Positions 39,582 to 54,352 of a stretch of 64,000 nucleotides of DNA are shown here, one piece after another (the first letter of the stretch is position 1; every line of letters begins with the position of its first letter). This stretch comes from Octopus vulgaris (taxonomy: Eukaryota): contig OX597815.1 of assembly GCA_951406725.2 (NCBI GenBank), forward strand, positions 79,608,001 through 79,672,000, read 5' to 3'. The notes under the pieces are model-generated. The model did not search any database and had not been told where the DNA came from. It saw only the letters and a list, made by a program, of their open reading frames with translations. A program made the position numbers and the translations under genes.

Positions 39582-42060
39582 ATACATATACGTTTATGTA
39601 CATACATACATGCACACATACATAATATATGATGACTGTTGTCTCCTTGTGCTTTCTCGTTATGAATGGTATTTCTGACTTCCTGTCCATGACCTGTCAA
39701 ACGATTATTCATACTCACTGCAAATCTGCATGTTTTGAAGCATAGATGGCAGATGGAAGTTCTACCTTATTGTCCGCATCGCCATTCGTACCCAACATCC
39801 ATCGCCACAAGAATTTTTGTAGATGGATGGAATGACAAATGAGGTTACCATAAAAGGACATTTGTCCGTTATTGGATTATAGTAATAAACGCTTGTGCAA
39901 CACGAGTACCATCCCCTGAATCACTTTGATTAATATCTATTAACAGGCTGACGCGAAATGACCAATAATCACATGGAACCGCGGGTTTGACACTAGTGTC
40001 CCTCTCGTAGAAGGATATTGTGACAACAGCTAGTGGGGTTTTACTGCTCACCCTCATACCAACTAAATGTATTTCTGCGTCCTCGCGCTCAGAGGGATTG
40101 TTATCACGTGTTAGTTAACGCACATTTTGGATCCTGACAGCAGTGGGAACAGCAGTGGCTAAGAAGTGTTTCAACACTTCTCGATAGCCTGGAACTTATG
40201 AACCAGAGACCCACCATCAGATGCAGTTTAAAGCCATGACCGTATATACATACATACATACATACATACATACATACATACATACATGCATGCATGCATG
40301 CATGCATACATACATACATACATACATACATACATACATACATACATAGGAGCACTCCAGAAAAGCCAAAAATCAAAACTTGTCCAGACAGCATTTATAA
40401 TTAGAACTTATATAAACGAAATTAAATATGACAAGGCACTCTTTCCTATTCTCTATCGGTGGAGTTCTCAGTAGAACCTTAAAAATGATTAAGTATTCTG
40501 AAAGAAAAACAAATGAGGCGGATCGATTGAAATTACACATTTTTGACATGTGGCTACCTGAGCATGTTAATTTCAACAATAGATGATTGGGTGCATTCAA
40601 ATCATTACATGAAATAGATCATGAATCCTCTAGCTAATCTCTTGATTAGGTAAAAATAATAGACAAATTTTGGCTCCGCAAAACATCTTTCAGTCTTAGA
40701 AAAAAAGACATATTGGATATTTCAATTCTGATAAAAAATAAAAATAAAAAAATTAAAAAATACAGCTCTGCCTAATTAAGGTTGATATGGGCTTAAATAA
40801 TAACGACACACACAAACAGACAGTCAAACAAACAAACAACAATAATAGTTTATATCGAGAACTAAGATCAGATGCAGCACCAAAGCGAGCACACTTGATT
40901 AGTCGCTAACTTCTCTCCAAGATTTAGTATTATATCTTCTTCCTTTAGCCTACGTCGTAGCTTTCATTGGACTCAGTTCTAGAGGCTAATAAAATATTCC
41001 TTAATTATGTAGTAATCATACTGCTTACAGTTGTAAAATACTCTATCAATGGGCTACCAAGAGTTAAATAAATGCCTTAGTGATGGACAAGGCAAGGTTC
41101 AGCGACAGAAAACGAACTGAGGATCGACCATGCTGATAGTTAGACCGATTGTAATTTTTCATAACTGATGACATAATGGAAAAAAAAACAAAAAGAGATG
41201 ATGAATAATGTAGGATATCAAATTTAAATCCCTATGATTATTTTTTCAAAATCTGTTTTAATTAACAATAGCATTTAAATTGTTTTCTGTTCAGTATATT
41301 TTTATGACGCCTTCATATTTTTTTTTTTACATCCAAACTCGAATTACAATGGAACCTGATCAATAATTAGCTGCTAAAAGCGCAGGTGTTACCGACTAAA
41401 TCAATACAGGAATATTTTGTAAGCATTAATTAGTTTACATTAGGGTTTTATATCAGTGTCGCAGCTGGGCCTAGGTTATGTGATGCTCAACTTCCGGCTG
41501 AAGAATTATCAGTTCATATTATGTCACCGGTGCTACTGTTTCTCTATAACCAAGATTTTTCACTCTCAAAGGCTGAGTACATCTAGTAATATTTAGATAT
41601 CACATGATGGATATAATTTACCGTTTCAGGCTGCAGGAACATTATGAAATTTACGACTGTTTCATTGGCTTCCATTACGGAAGTCAATCCCTCTGACAGG
41701 TAGTGCAACTTGCTATAGAAAAGCATCTTACCCAACAGATGGTGATTAACTTCTTGTCAACTTAGCGCTACAGAAACCACAAATAACCACCGGCATCATG
41801 GAACCCTGTGATCCAGGAAAGAATTGTAGTTGTAATGAGTTTATAACAATGTTCATATATCTTGCTTTTGCAGTGCTGCACAATATTAATGATCCTGACA
41901 GTGCACTGCCAAATGCTCCGAGCCAACCACTAAGTTCTCACTAAGTTTGACTTAAAGATGAGGCTAAACGAATGAAGCAAACACTTGTTCACACACTCAT
42001 ACAAACACTTACACACACATAAAAAGGGAGAGAGAAAGAAAAAGAGAGAAGAGAGAGAGC

Positions 42061-42096
<36 letters not shown>

Positions 42097-43747
42097 AGCC
42101 TAATCAAACAATCATTCATCATACAACGTTTCAGATTTGTAATTTATTGTTAATTCCTTCCAATTTTGAGCCAATGCTCATAAATTTTCAAAGGAAGAAT
42201 ATAGCTGATGAAATCAATCTCACTATATAACGGCAAAGTATGAGAGTCAACAAGTGAATACAAAGAGAAAAGATATTGTATTACCTTACATTAGATTACT
42301 TAATGACCCTATAATTCATAACACATTAGACTGCCCTGCGTTAACGATACATTTCTCCGAACTCTTTGATTATTTTCTTTCGTCTATTTGAAAAGGGAGT
42401 CTTACCCCGAAATGTTATAGGATCATTAAATAATCTATTTAAGATAAAACAACATCTTTTCTCTTTCTTTTCATTTATTAACATTGCTTTACACATTTTT
42501 CCTAATTTCTCAACTGCATTGCTTAAAAGATTTTTCAAACGTTTATATTATTCACTCACATACAATGCTTCAAGCAAATTATAATACTCCTTTATCACTA
42601 AACTACGTTTTATCAACTTTTGTTCTAAAAATTCTGCTAATCTACTGCCATGACACTCGATTAAATATTTAAATTGAACTTAGTTCAGTAAAGTAATAAA
42701 ACACTCATGGAATTCTCTTAGAGAAGAAAGTTTGAAGAATAAGATGAGCTTCAAACTATAAGTCTTATATAATTTGATTATTATCTGTCTAAGTTCAAAC
42801 ATCACTGTGGCCGGATTTGTGTTTCATACCTCTATGTTGGATAAAATAAACACCAGTAATATCCTGACATTTATTTTATACAATCAAATGTATTCTTCAT
42901 CAACAGTCTTTTTCATATGCTTCCATTAGAAATTTATTATTTTTTTTAACTCCTTTATTTTTCTGTGAAATGCCGAAGGTAAACTTAATGTCTATATAAA
43001 AACTAGATTGAGTGGGTTCGGGAATGTTAAGTGCTTTGTCCATGACAAAAGAAAACAATGACCTTTTTGCTGAGAGTGCGTTAAGTGATCGACTTTGCAA
43101 TGTATAGCTTTTGTTACTCATTACGCAAAGCAATAACGCTGTCATGAGGAACATTAGAGTTATTTTCTTCTTCTCGAAACATTCTTTGATTTGATCAAAG
43201 CTTTAAATCTGGAGCCGTAGCCATAAAAAAGAAACCCCGAAAACCTGCTAGATTATCAACTGAAGATTTTCTAGCAGACTTGGTACTACTTCAAAATTTG
43301 GTGAAGATTGTAAGTCGAAGCGACAGTTGCAAAATGTCAAATTGCTCTTCTACACATTCACAGAGTAAATTTTCCCAATGCAGACTGTGACCATTTCCGC
43401 AGACTTTGATTGTCCTTTACTGCTGTCAAATACTGAATATTTTTTATTCAGAGTCACAACAAATACCTGTCACAAAATCTATGATACGGAATAGAACTGT
43501 CAATTTAAGTAGACAATATATACAGTGTTGTTTAAAGAAAAAAAAACATGCGAATTCCTATTTACAAAAGAGGAGAAATAGGGTGTTGTGGCACTAATGC
43601 CTTTTCGCATCAGTATTAGCGGTGAAATGAAGAGAAGCTATAAACAAAACCGACGATTCGGTTCCTTTCATTGAAAAATAAAATATATTTTCTTTTGAAT
43701 TGTGTATTTGACTTCATTATCATAATTCATTAATTCACCGTCAGGGA

Positions 43748-44455
<708 letters not shown>

Positions 44456-44579
44456 AAATATGTATGTACACGCGCATACACACATAAGCAACCACACAGG
44501 AGAACGAACACACATTTCATTCTGTGTCGCAGTGACATAGAAAAACCTACAAACATACAAACACACATCCGCATCTCTC

Positions 44580-44641
<62 letters not shown>

Positions 44642-45257
44642 CACACACACTCAAACACATAGATACACATATGCGCACACAACACTCACACGACACACAG
44701 ATACTTTACGTAAATGAATTTTCAATAAAAAAACTCACTAAAATACAAAAAAAAAAAACAACTGTCATGTTTTGCATGCTTATCAAGTTTTTTTTTTCTT
44801 TTGTAGAATGTGACTAATTATAAAATACAATAAGCAAATAGCTATATAAGAAACAAAAAATAAACAATCTTCCTTAATACGAAACATACCAACAAACTTT
44901 ATCACGATCATCATGTTTTTTTATACATTCATAAATTGGTGCCAATTAAAACTCCAAGTATGTCACAATGCAAACTAGAGGAGTTATTTGTAATTACTCA
45001 ATTCATTAAATACATTAACGTGTACCTACACAGACACACAGACATATACACACATGATTTCATACATACATGCATAAAAGACGTATGTATGATTGAATGT
45101 ATACAAACATACCTACATATATGCACTCACGCACATGTTTGCATAAATATATGTATATATATATGCATGTATAGATATGTATATATAATGTGTGTATATA
45201 TATATATGTATGTTATATATATGTATATTTATATATATGTATGCATATATATATATA

Positions 45258-45305
<48 letters not shown>

Positions 45306-45396
45306 TTTTGTATACATATATATATGTATATACGTATGTTTTATATATATAATGCGTGTATATATATATATATATATATGTCTTTGTATATATATG

Positions 45397-45432
<36 letters not shown>

Positions 45433-45471
45433 TGTATATATATGTATATATATATGTATATATGTATATTA

Positions 45472-45543
<72 letters not shown>

Positions 45544-46916
45544 TATATGAAATTTCATGGTGTATATAAACAAGGCAAAAGTATATCAACATTCATATAG
45601 TACGTATATTGATGCGCGTATACACATATAGATACACTTTCATATGCATATACAAATAAAACTTATTAATGTTAATGCTTGCACAAATTTGCATACGTAC
45701 GCATATATGTATGTCTCTATGGATATATGTAATTATGCGTGTGTTGTTTATATCAGATTTTTATATGGATGTATATGTGTTTGGGTATGTGTATATGTGT
45801 ATGTGTATTTACGAATGCGGTTACACGGGCGTATCTGTGTTTAAGTGAACGGGCCTGTAGTGCTGTGTATGTGTTTATGCTTGAAGGTTTGTATGTTGGT
45901 TCTGGTAGTGTGGTGTGGTACCGTCGAAATCTAATAGGAGAATGTAGGTTTTAAGATGAAAGGAAGAAAGGAAAGAAGAAGAAAGAAAAGAAGGAAAAGA
46001 AGGAGAGAGGGAAAAGAAGGAAAAGAAAAAGAAAGAAAGGAAAGAGAAGCAGAAGGAAAAAGGAGTAGAGCAAAAAGAGGAAGAAGGCAAGAAGAAAAAG
46101 AAGAAAAAGAAGAAAAAGAGGGAAAAGAAAAAGAAGGAAAAGAAAGAGAAGGGAAAGAAGGAGGAGAAGGTGAGATGAAGAAAAAGAGGTGTAAAGAGAG
46201 ATGAGAAGTGAGAAGTGTGAGAGAATGAAGAACAAAGATCGAAAAATAAATCAGAATACCCCTTTCCTCATCTGGAAGAAAAATTACAACAGTAACAATA
46301 ACAAACAAACAATCAAAATCAAAATCAAAATCAAAAAGAAAAAAAGTGATTTTTTTTTTTACTTCGTTAATAGCAAATTAAAATAAATGGACTTTTCGAT
46401 TATGTAGGGAAATTCTTGAGAGACGAGGTGCTAAAAATATTTACATCTCGTCACATCAAGGTGTTTGTGGTGTACTGAAATAATTTTGTTTGCGTTTTCA
46501 GAGGGGAATTTTAAAGGCGATTAAAAATAACAGTTCGTATGAAGTTTATATTATCGCACTCGGTATTTTCACTTCTTGTTCCTGGTGGCTTTAATTGGAT
46601 TCGATAATCTATAGGTTGTACAATAACAGGTTCGTACTGAATCCCCATGCTAGAAGGTTGACTGAAATGAAAAGGGGTGGGGAATAAGATTAAAATATTA
46701 CTGTCTTCTAGTTTGTTGTTTCGTTGTTTTTTAGTCCCTCATCAACTGCGGCTGAGTGGATCTGTAATCAAAAGCATTACAGACATGTTCAGTTTTCTTT
46801 CTCTCAGACATAAGCTTTCTAGGACTGCATTATTCAACGTGTTCCTCATTTTTCATGACATGCAATTTAGGGTGTAACTTGAAAAATATTTGGCTGTTCG
46901 TTATTAGAGGAGGTGG

Positions 46917-47131
46917 TCAGAGTAGCGACCTGGCAGAATCGTTACCGCGCCGGACAAAATGCTTAGCGGCATTTCATCCGTCTTAATGTTCTGAGTTCAA
47001 ATTCCGCAGAAGTCGACTTTGCCTTTCATCGTTTCGGGCCGATAAAATAAGTACCAGTTGATCACTGGGGTCGATGTAATCGGCTTACCCCTCCTTGAAA
47101 ATTGCTGGTCTTGTACTAAAATTTGAAACCA
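46917..47131 (+). mobile_element. Family A SINE (tail b) with 16-bp TSD, inserted at the head of an older family A copy (47143-47250)
   Basis: ttattagaggaggtgg at 46901-46916 and 47132-47147. Confidence 0.9.
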
Positions 47132-47887
47132 TTATTAGAGGAGGTGGCGAATTAGCAGAATTGTCAGAGTGTCGGAAAAATACTTCACAGTATTTCTTCT
47201 CGTTCTTTGAGTTCAGATTTCAAATACCACCGAAATCAACTTAGCCTTCAGATTCGCTAAGAGATTTAACAGCCGCTTCGTTGTCAGCTGAACGCTTTCT
47301 ATCACACATTGCCCGAGACATTAAAGCAATGCTGATCCTTGAAACGCTTCAACCAACCGTCACTGTAAACTCTTCACAGCCTTACCTTTAATGGAAAATA
47401 TCAAAAATCTGCGCCTTACATATCGAGAAGCATTTACTCTACTCACTGGAATCGTAGCTGTCCTAAAGTGGACTGGTTATAATAACATATGGAATAAAAC
47501 AACACCGATTGGAATACCTTGCCTGTGTAAGTAATGCCGACAATGTGCTTATGCAGCAATTAACACCATCAAACATTAGCGGCAGGCTGATACGGTAACC
47601 CGGAAAATAAGAAATCATAATTAGGTCAGCTGAATTTTGTGCCGGATTTCTGACCGTGCCAGAATAGCGGTTGCCGGATTTGTAATCTGTGTGTGTGTGT
47701 GTGTGTGTGTATGTGTGTGCTTGTGTGTGTGTAGTTGCTCGTTACAACCTTGAAACAATTATTGAGAAAATGAAACACTATTAAGTATACTGTTTTCAGT
47801 ATAGTTGCTTAACTACTATAACGAAAACAGACTGGACTTTGAAAATTTAAGTGAAGCTCTAATTTTAACAGAAACAATCGTACATCT

Positions 47888-47989
<102 letters not shown>

Positions 47990-48024
47990 GCACACACACA
48001 CACACACACACATACACACACAAA

Positions 48025-48290
48025 CTGGTACCCCATCGGTTATGACGAAGACTTCCAGTTGATTGGATCAACGGAATGGCCTGTTCGTAAATTTAACGTG
48101 CAAGTGGCCGAGCACTTCACAGACATGCGTACCCTTAACGTAGTTCTCAGAGAGATTAAACACGATGAAAAACGTGACAAGACTGGCTCTTTGAAACGCT
48201 AGTACAACTAACTCTTGACATCTGAGTGGAATGGAGCAACGTGAGATACGACCTTGAGCAGAATGCCCTTAACACTAAACCATGCAACTT
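48025..48290 (-). mobile_element. Additional tRNA-derived SINE (family D), internally deleted
   Basis: Minus strand gcatggtttagtgttaaggg (A-box-like), cacgttgctccattccactcag (CORE-like) and acgttaagggtac..cacttgcacgttaa. Confidence 0.55.
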
Positions 48291-48312
48291 CTCTCTTTCT
48301 CTTTGTATCTCC

Positions 48313-48368
<56 letters not shown>

Positions 48369-48440
48369 TTTCGTAAAAACATAGATAGCGTAGAAGTGCT
48401 CTAGTCGAACCCGAGGCGCTAGACAAGTATAACAGATGCA

Positions 48441-48618
48441 ATAGAAAATGTTCAAATCAGGCAGGCTACGATTACTAGATACATATACGGGTTTAATTAG
48501 GATAAAATAAGAATTGTCCAATCAGAAGCATATATTGATAAATTAGAAATATAAAAATATATGAATTCTAAAAGTATATATATGAAAATATAGATATATT
48601 AGATATGTAAACATCATC

Positions 48619-48690
<72 letters not shown>

Positions 48691-49531
48691 GAATAATAAT
48701 AACAGAAACAATTCCTATCATAGTAGGTGCATTAGCCATGATAAAAAAATATTCAGACAAATACATAACAAACACACCAGGACTTACAAACACATATAAC
48801 ATACAGAAAATTGCACTACTAGGCACTGCACACATCCTACGCAGAACACTTTCCATACAATAACCATCAGAGCATCACAACAAATCACAGCACATACCCA
48901 AGGCACACAGAGCTGCGCTCGGTAGTGAAGTGAAAGCACGCTATAAAAATAAAACTACTGAATAATAATAATAATATTAATAATAATAATAGAATATAGA
49001 TAAAAATATTGAAATGTAGAAAAGAAACGTTTTAAAAAATTTTAAATATAATATAGAGAAAGTAATAGGCATTAAAAAGAGTTTTGGGTAACATGTTAGA
49101 GGAAAATAATATGTTCCAACGATCGTTTTAGGGATACATTCATGCAGATTACATATGAATCTTAAGATTAATTTCCATAGAATGCCCCCATCATCAGGGG
49201 AAAATAGTGTTTACGCTAGAAATAGAACACCTTATTTTTCCTCTAGCATGTTATCCAAAACTCTTTTTAATACATATTACTTTCTCTATATTATATTTTG
49301 AATTTTTAGAAACGTCTTTTTTCTACATTTCATTATTTTTATCTATATTCTTTTATTATTGTGTATACATATCTATATATCTATATGTCCATGTATATTT
49401 TCAGTATTCATATATTTTTATATTTCTAATTTATCAATATATGCTTCAGATGGGACAATTTTTATTTTATCTTAATTAAACCCGTATATGTATATGTTAA
49501 TCGTAGCTTGCCTGATTTGAACCTTTTCTAT
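48441..49531. repeat. Large AT-rich foldback (inverted repeat) interrupted by a retrotransposon
   Basis: 48441-48618 pairs with 49355-49531 and 48985-49116 pairs with 49225-49355; spacer about 49117-49224. Confidence 0.88.
48700..48961 (+). mobile_element. 3' end of a second R4/Dong-type family, embedded in (AAT)n
   Basis: TETIPIIVGALAMIKK..IQKIALLGTAHILRRTLSIQ* plus 3' UTR, with (AAT)n on both sides. Confidence 0.88.
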
Positions 49532-49560
49532 CGCGTACATACATACATACATACATACAT

Positions 49561-49633
<73 letters not shown>

Positions 49634-49634
<1 letters not shown>

Positions 49635-49844
49635 ACCGCGTGTGTACCGTTGGTGATTTTTTTCCTTCCGTCTTCCCTTCTTTAGATCTTTCCTTTTCCT
49701 ATGTTTCTGACGAAGAGGTCCGCTCGAAACGTTAAACCCTCCTTCAATAATTTCTTTCTTTTCCTGAGCGTCCAATAATACTATACTTGTTCCACATCCT
49801 CGCGTTGTTGTGTTTTCTCTTTGTGTTTTCATGTTTGGATTAAC
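49634..49844 (+). mobile_element. Family H1 hammerhead-bearing element flanked by (TA)n
   Basis: Homologous to 38929-39133; (TA)n on both sides. Confidence 0.78.
49703..49737 (+). ncRNA. Minimal type-I hammerhead ribozyme (Penelope-type), canonical core
   Basis: Stem I GTTT/AAAC; CTGACGA; extra A; stem II GAG/CTC; GAA; palindromic stem III ACGT; predicted cleavage after GUU at 49733. Confidence 0.7.
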
Positions 49845-49851
49845 TATATAT

Positions 49852-49901
<50 letters not shown>

Positions 49902-50072
49902 AACAAAGTGAGATAGGGGTTATGAGTGTAACCCACTATGGGATATCATTTATCTAATATACTGCCAGTAAAGTACCCAGAAGCCTATACATAAATGCTA
50001 AGAATTGCAATGCAATTATTTCATTTATTGTATTATATGGGCGAAGGTAAAAGGTTTTACCTCAAATTCATA

Positions 50073-50269
50073 ATACAAAGTAAGAAAATGGAGGAATAGA
50101 TTTCTTTCAATCATCAACTTCCAGATAATACCAATTCATATAATTTATTAACTAATTATTAAATAATTCGATGTTCTTATTTAATAATTAGTTAATAAAT
50201 ATATGAATTGGTATTATCTGGAAGTTGCTGATTGAAAGAAATTTATTCCTCCATTTTCTTACTTTGTAT
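50073..50269. repeat. Near-perfect palindrome, about 93-bp arms and 10-nt loop
   Basis: atacaaagtaagaaaatggaggaata...taattattaaataa | ttcgatgttc | ttatttaataatta...tattcctccattttcttactttgtat. Confidence 0.95.
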
Positions 50270-50302
50270 ATATATATATATACATACACAAACGCACACA
50301 CA

Positions 50303-50374
<72 letters not shown>

Positions 50375-51224
50375 TATATATATATATATACATACACATA
50401 TTTAGGCAATTATGTGGATAAACAAATTGAATATTTTAAATATAACAGCCTGTTATATTTAATACATTTAATTTGTTTATTTGCATAATTGCCTCCATTT
50501 TTCCTCAACTTGATCCCTCTTATAGCCATTCTTTACCCTGCGGAGTTGATCCCCTGTAAAGACACTGGAGTCTAAGTTTGAATCATTTGAGCACTACTAA
50601 GTGTCTTCTATACTGAGAATCTCTGGATCTCATAAGCATATATAAACATACATACGCACGCGAACGCATGCACGCACGCACGCACACACACACGCACACG
50701 CACACACATGTAAGGACTAATGAGCAGGTGTATTTTGTGTGGTTGAAAATTTGGTCACAGAAACATTGCATTCATATTTTCATAGCTGAAATATTGTTAG
50801 AAATGTGTGTACCCCCAGCCACATCTATATACTGACCTGTTGGAAGAAATGCTTGGTTCAGATGTTCGCGTTACAACCACGTGAGGTCTGATCTCACTGT
50901 ACAACATATTCATAGGATGGAGATGACTCATGCAAGGAAAGCCATCATCAGACAGTCTGATGATGGTTTAGCTGGCCGAAACCTCGAAATCAAAATTAAT
51001 ACTGTTCTTGTTAAAGAATAATGCATATTGAAAGCACGTGATGCAACTGTGACATCCACCGCCACTGATGAAATTTTGTCAATCAATATAATCTGCGCTT
51101 TTTAGCATTTATCGTCTACACGAGATGATTTCTTGGAACGTTTATCGCAGTCTACGGCGTTATAAACAACACATCCAAGTTATGTTGGATGGGCTAATTA
51201 TTGTCATTTACAAAAGCTACTTCT

Positions 51225-51459
51225 TATTTCTTTATTGCCCACAGGGGGCTAAACATAGAGGGGACAAACAAGGACAGACAAACGGATTAAGTCGATTACA
51301 TCGACCCCAGTGCGTAACTGGTACTTAATTCATTCATCGACTCCGAAAGGATGAAAGGCAAAGTCGACCTCGGCGGAATTTGAACTCAGAACGTAACGGC
51401 AGACGAAATACCGCTAAGCATTTCGCCCAGCGTGCTAATGTTTCTGCCAGCTCACTGCC
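51225..51459 (-). mobile_element. Full-length young family A SINE, tail a, 18-bp TSD
   Basis: tttacaaaagctacttct at 51207-51224 and 51460-51477. Confidence 0.95.
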
Positions 51460-51668
51460 TTTACAAAAGCTACTTCTGTCTCCAATAGGTAGTATGTACA
51501 GTGCAGCGTAGAGCGCACGGAATTACCATTCGGAAGAATTCACGGAATGATTAGCAGCTAATTGTAAACACAGACGCTGGATAGTGATCGTTGTGGTTAG
51601 TCGTCAACTAGAACTCAACAGAGAGTTAACACGGTATTCCCCCGGATAATATATCCCTCCAAACTAAC

Positions 51669-51773
<105 letters not shown>

Positions 51774-51819
51774 GAGAGAGGCTTTGGTATCCAGAAGACC
51801 CAAAAAGTAGGTAAGATTA

Positions 51820-52340
51820 TGTAAGTGCCACAGTGTAAAATTAAAAGCGCACCTTGAAGCAATCCAGCGAAGCTTCACAAAGAAGTTCGTCTCATTGCAA
51901 CAGCTCAGCTACTAGGATAGGCTGAAAGAGCTAAGGCTTTCCTCCCTAGAGCGAAGGAGGGAGAGATATGCAGTAATATACATCTGGAAGATCTTGGAAT
52001 GGATTGTGCTAAATTTTGGCATTGAAAGCTACACAAATGCCAGACCGAGTCGCCCCTGCACAGTGCCAAAGATCCCAGCAATGCCATCGCGCTTTTTGAT
52101 TTTCTCCCAAAGAGCCTGAGTAACCAACTCAAAGTTAATGTAGGTGTTTTCAAATCAAAACTGGATTTCTTCCTGTCGAGAGTCCTAGCTGAACCTACCT
52201 CACGGCAATAGGTGCAAATGCGGGTAGCGACATCAAACTCCCTTATTCACCAAATGCCACATATTAGAGGAGGTTCTCAATAATAACAGTATAGCAAAAC
52301 CGCGGTGCCCCAGCACGGCCTCAGTTTTGAGCTGAAACGG
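51820..52340 (+). mobile_element. CR1-group LINE 3' end (decayed)
   Basis: LEAIQRSFTKK..LSY*DRLKELRL..LERRRERYAVIYIWKILE..FKSKLDFFLSRVLAEPT; 3' UTR gcggtgccccagcacggcc..gagctgaaac. Confidence 0.85.
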
Positions 52341-52341
52341 A

Positions 52342-52421
<80 letters not shown>

Positions 52422-52442
52422 TACATATATAAATATATATAC

Positions 52443-52491
<49 letters not shown>

Positions 52492-52524
52492 CGTGTGTGT
52501 GTGTACACACACACATACACATAT

Positions 52525-52875
52525 TTCCTTTATTTCTTTTATGGGTTTCAGCTAGTGGTTGAGGCCATGCTGAGGCACCGCGTTACAAGTATTGCTTCTG
52601 GTGAAGTAGTAAGTTGGTTGTTTCCGCTCTTCTTTGTGCCTCCTGCCGCGATGTGGGTTCATCCGGTATTGCAGATAAAAAATTTAAAAAACTGTTTACA
52701 CGCTTTTTGAAGACTTCCATGTCTACACCTTGCAGATCCCTGATGTTCTGTGGTAGGGCATTAAAAAGTTGTGGCCCCTTGAATCCCAAGCTATTACAAT
52801 ATTGGGTTCGTAGCCCCGATGGAGAGTATGGGACTTTTGGTACTCTGCAATGCCATCCAGTTCGGGGATTGGTGT
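52525..52875 (-). mobile_element. Related CR1-group LINE 3' end, opposite orientation
   Basis: [41 protein letters not shown]; 3' UTR gcggtgcctcagcatggcc..tagctgaaac. Confidence 0.85.
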
Positions 52876-52886
52876 ATATATATATA

Positions 52887-53186
52887 TGTTTGTTCCTTCT
52901 CGAGCCATGCTTGGCTCATTAGGGTCGGTTTCCCGGTTTCCTTAGTATATAGGTTCCCCACCTGGACGGGACGCCGGTCCGTCGCAGGTGAGCTGCAAGT
53001 TGCAGGAGGAAAGAGTGAGAGAAAGTTGTGGCCAAAGAGTCAGCAGAAGTTCGCCATTACCTTCTGCCGGAGCAGCGTGGAGCTTAGGTGTTTCGCTCAT
53101 AAACACACACATCGCCCAGTCTGAGATCCGAACCCGCGATCCCTCGACCGCGAGTCCGCTGCTCTAACCACTTGGCCAACGGCCTC

Positions 53187-53187
<1 letters not shown>
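52887..53187 (-). mobile_element. Full-length tRNA-derived SINE (family C) with V-SINE-like central motif
   Basis: A box tggccaagtggttagag, B box gggttcggatctc; cctgcgacggaccggcgtcccgtccagg at 52961-52988 (minus). Confidence 0.82.
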
Positions 53188-53219
<32 letters not shown>

Positions 53220-53317
53220 ACACATATATACACACACATATATACATATACATACCTACATATATATATATACATATACATATTTACATTATATACATAC
53301 ATACATACATACATACA

Positions 53318-53409
<92 letters not shown>

Positions 53410-53960
53410 CATATATATACACGCATATATACAGGGGTAAATCCAGTCTAGAGCAGTCCAATTTTTAAGCAGGAATAGTATTTCTTGGACAACGCTATAC
53501 GTTGTATAGGACGACCGTGTAGAAAGTATTCACATTTGGTTCATGTACTTAATTCATAGAAGTACATTAGAAAAACTGACGAGTATTTTACGTTGAGTCT
53601 TTCTAATTTTTTATATATAGTTCCGAATCTCTGTTTTCATAGAAGAGACTGATGTGAATGGGGTTAAATGTTTATTTATTTTAACTAACTGCCATATTGC
53701 TTAATCAAATACAGATTTTAGAAATTATACTAACTACTTCATAACGACTAATTAGGTCGCATTGGAGGATTTATGTAGCAGAATAAAGTATATTTTAGTG
53801 AACTCTTGCTGCTATGCGCCGCTGGAGGCACCTTTGTTTATGTTAAATATCGTATGTATGTATATATGTATATATAAGTGTATGTATATGTATGTATATA
53901 CATATACATTCACACGTATGTATATATGTAAGTATAAACGTCTCTCTCTCTCTCTACATA

Positions 53961-53997
<37 letters not shown>

Positions 53998-54321
53998 ATG
54001 TATATACGTACATACAAAAATACACATATTTTGCGCGTATGTGGAGAGAGAAGGGGAGAAGGAGAGAGAAAGAGAAGGAGAGAAAAGGAGAGAAAAGGAG
54101 AGAGAGAGAACGAGAGAGAAGGAGAGAGAGTGAGAAGGAGGGAATGGGAAAGGCGAAAAGAAAGGATACAGATCGCCTTACAAACATATGCGAAACTATA
54201 TCCGAAATATATTTCTCCTTTGTCAATATTATTTTTATTGTTGTTGTTGTTGCCATCATCATCATCATCATCGTCGTCGTCGTCGTCATCATCATTATCA
54301 TCGTCATCATCATTATCATCG

Positions 54322-54352
<31 letters not shown>

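Noticed and set aside
41450-41830. Hox/Cdx-like TTTACGAC motif in apparently unique DNA
   Set aside because: Surrounding sequence resembles a very degraded SINE, and a single motif is not evidence.
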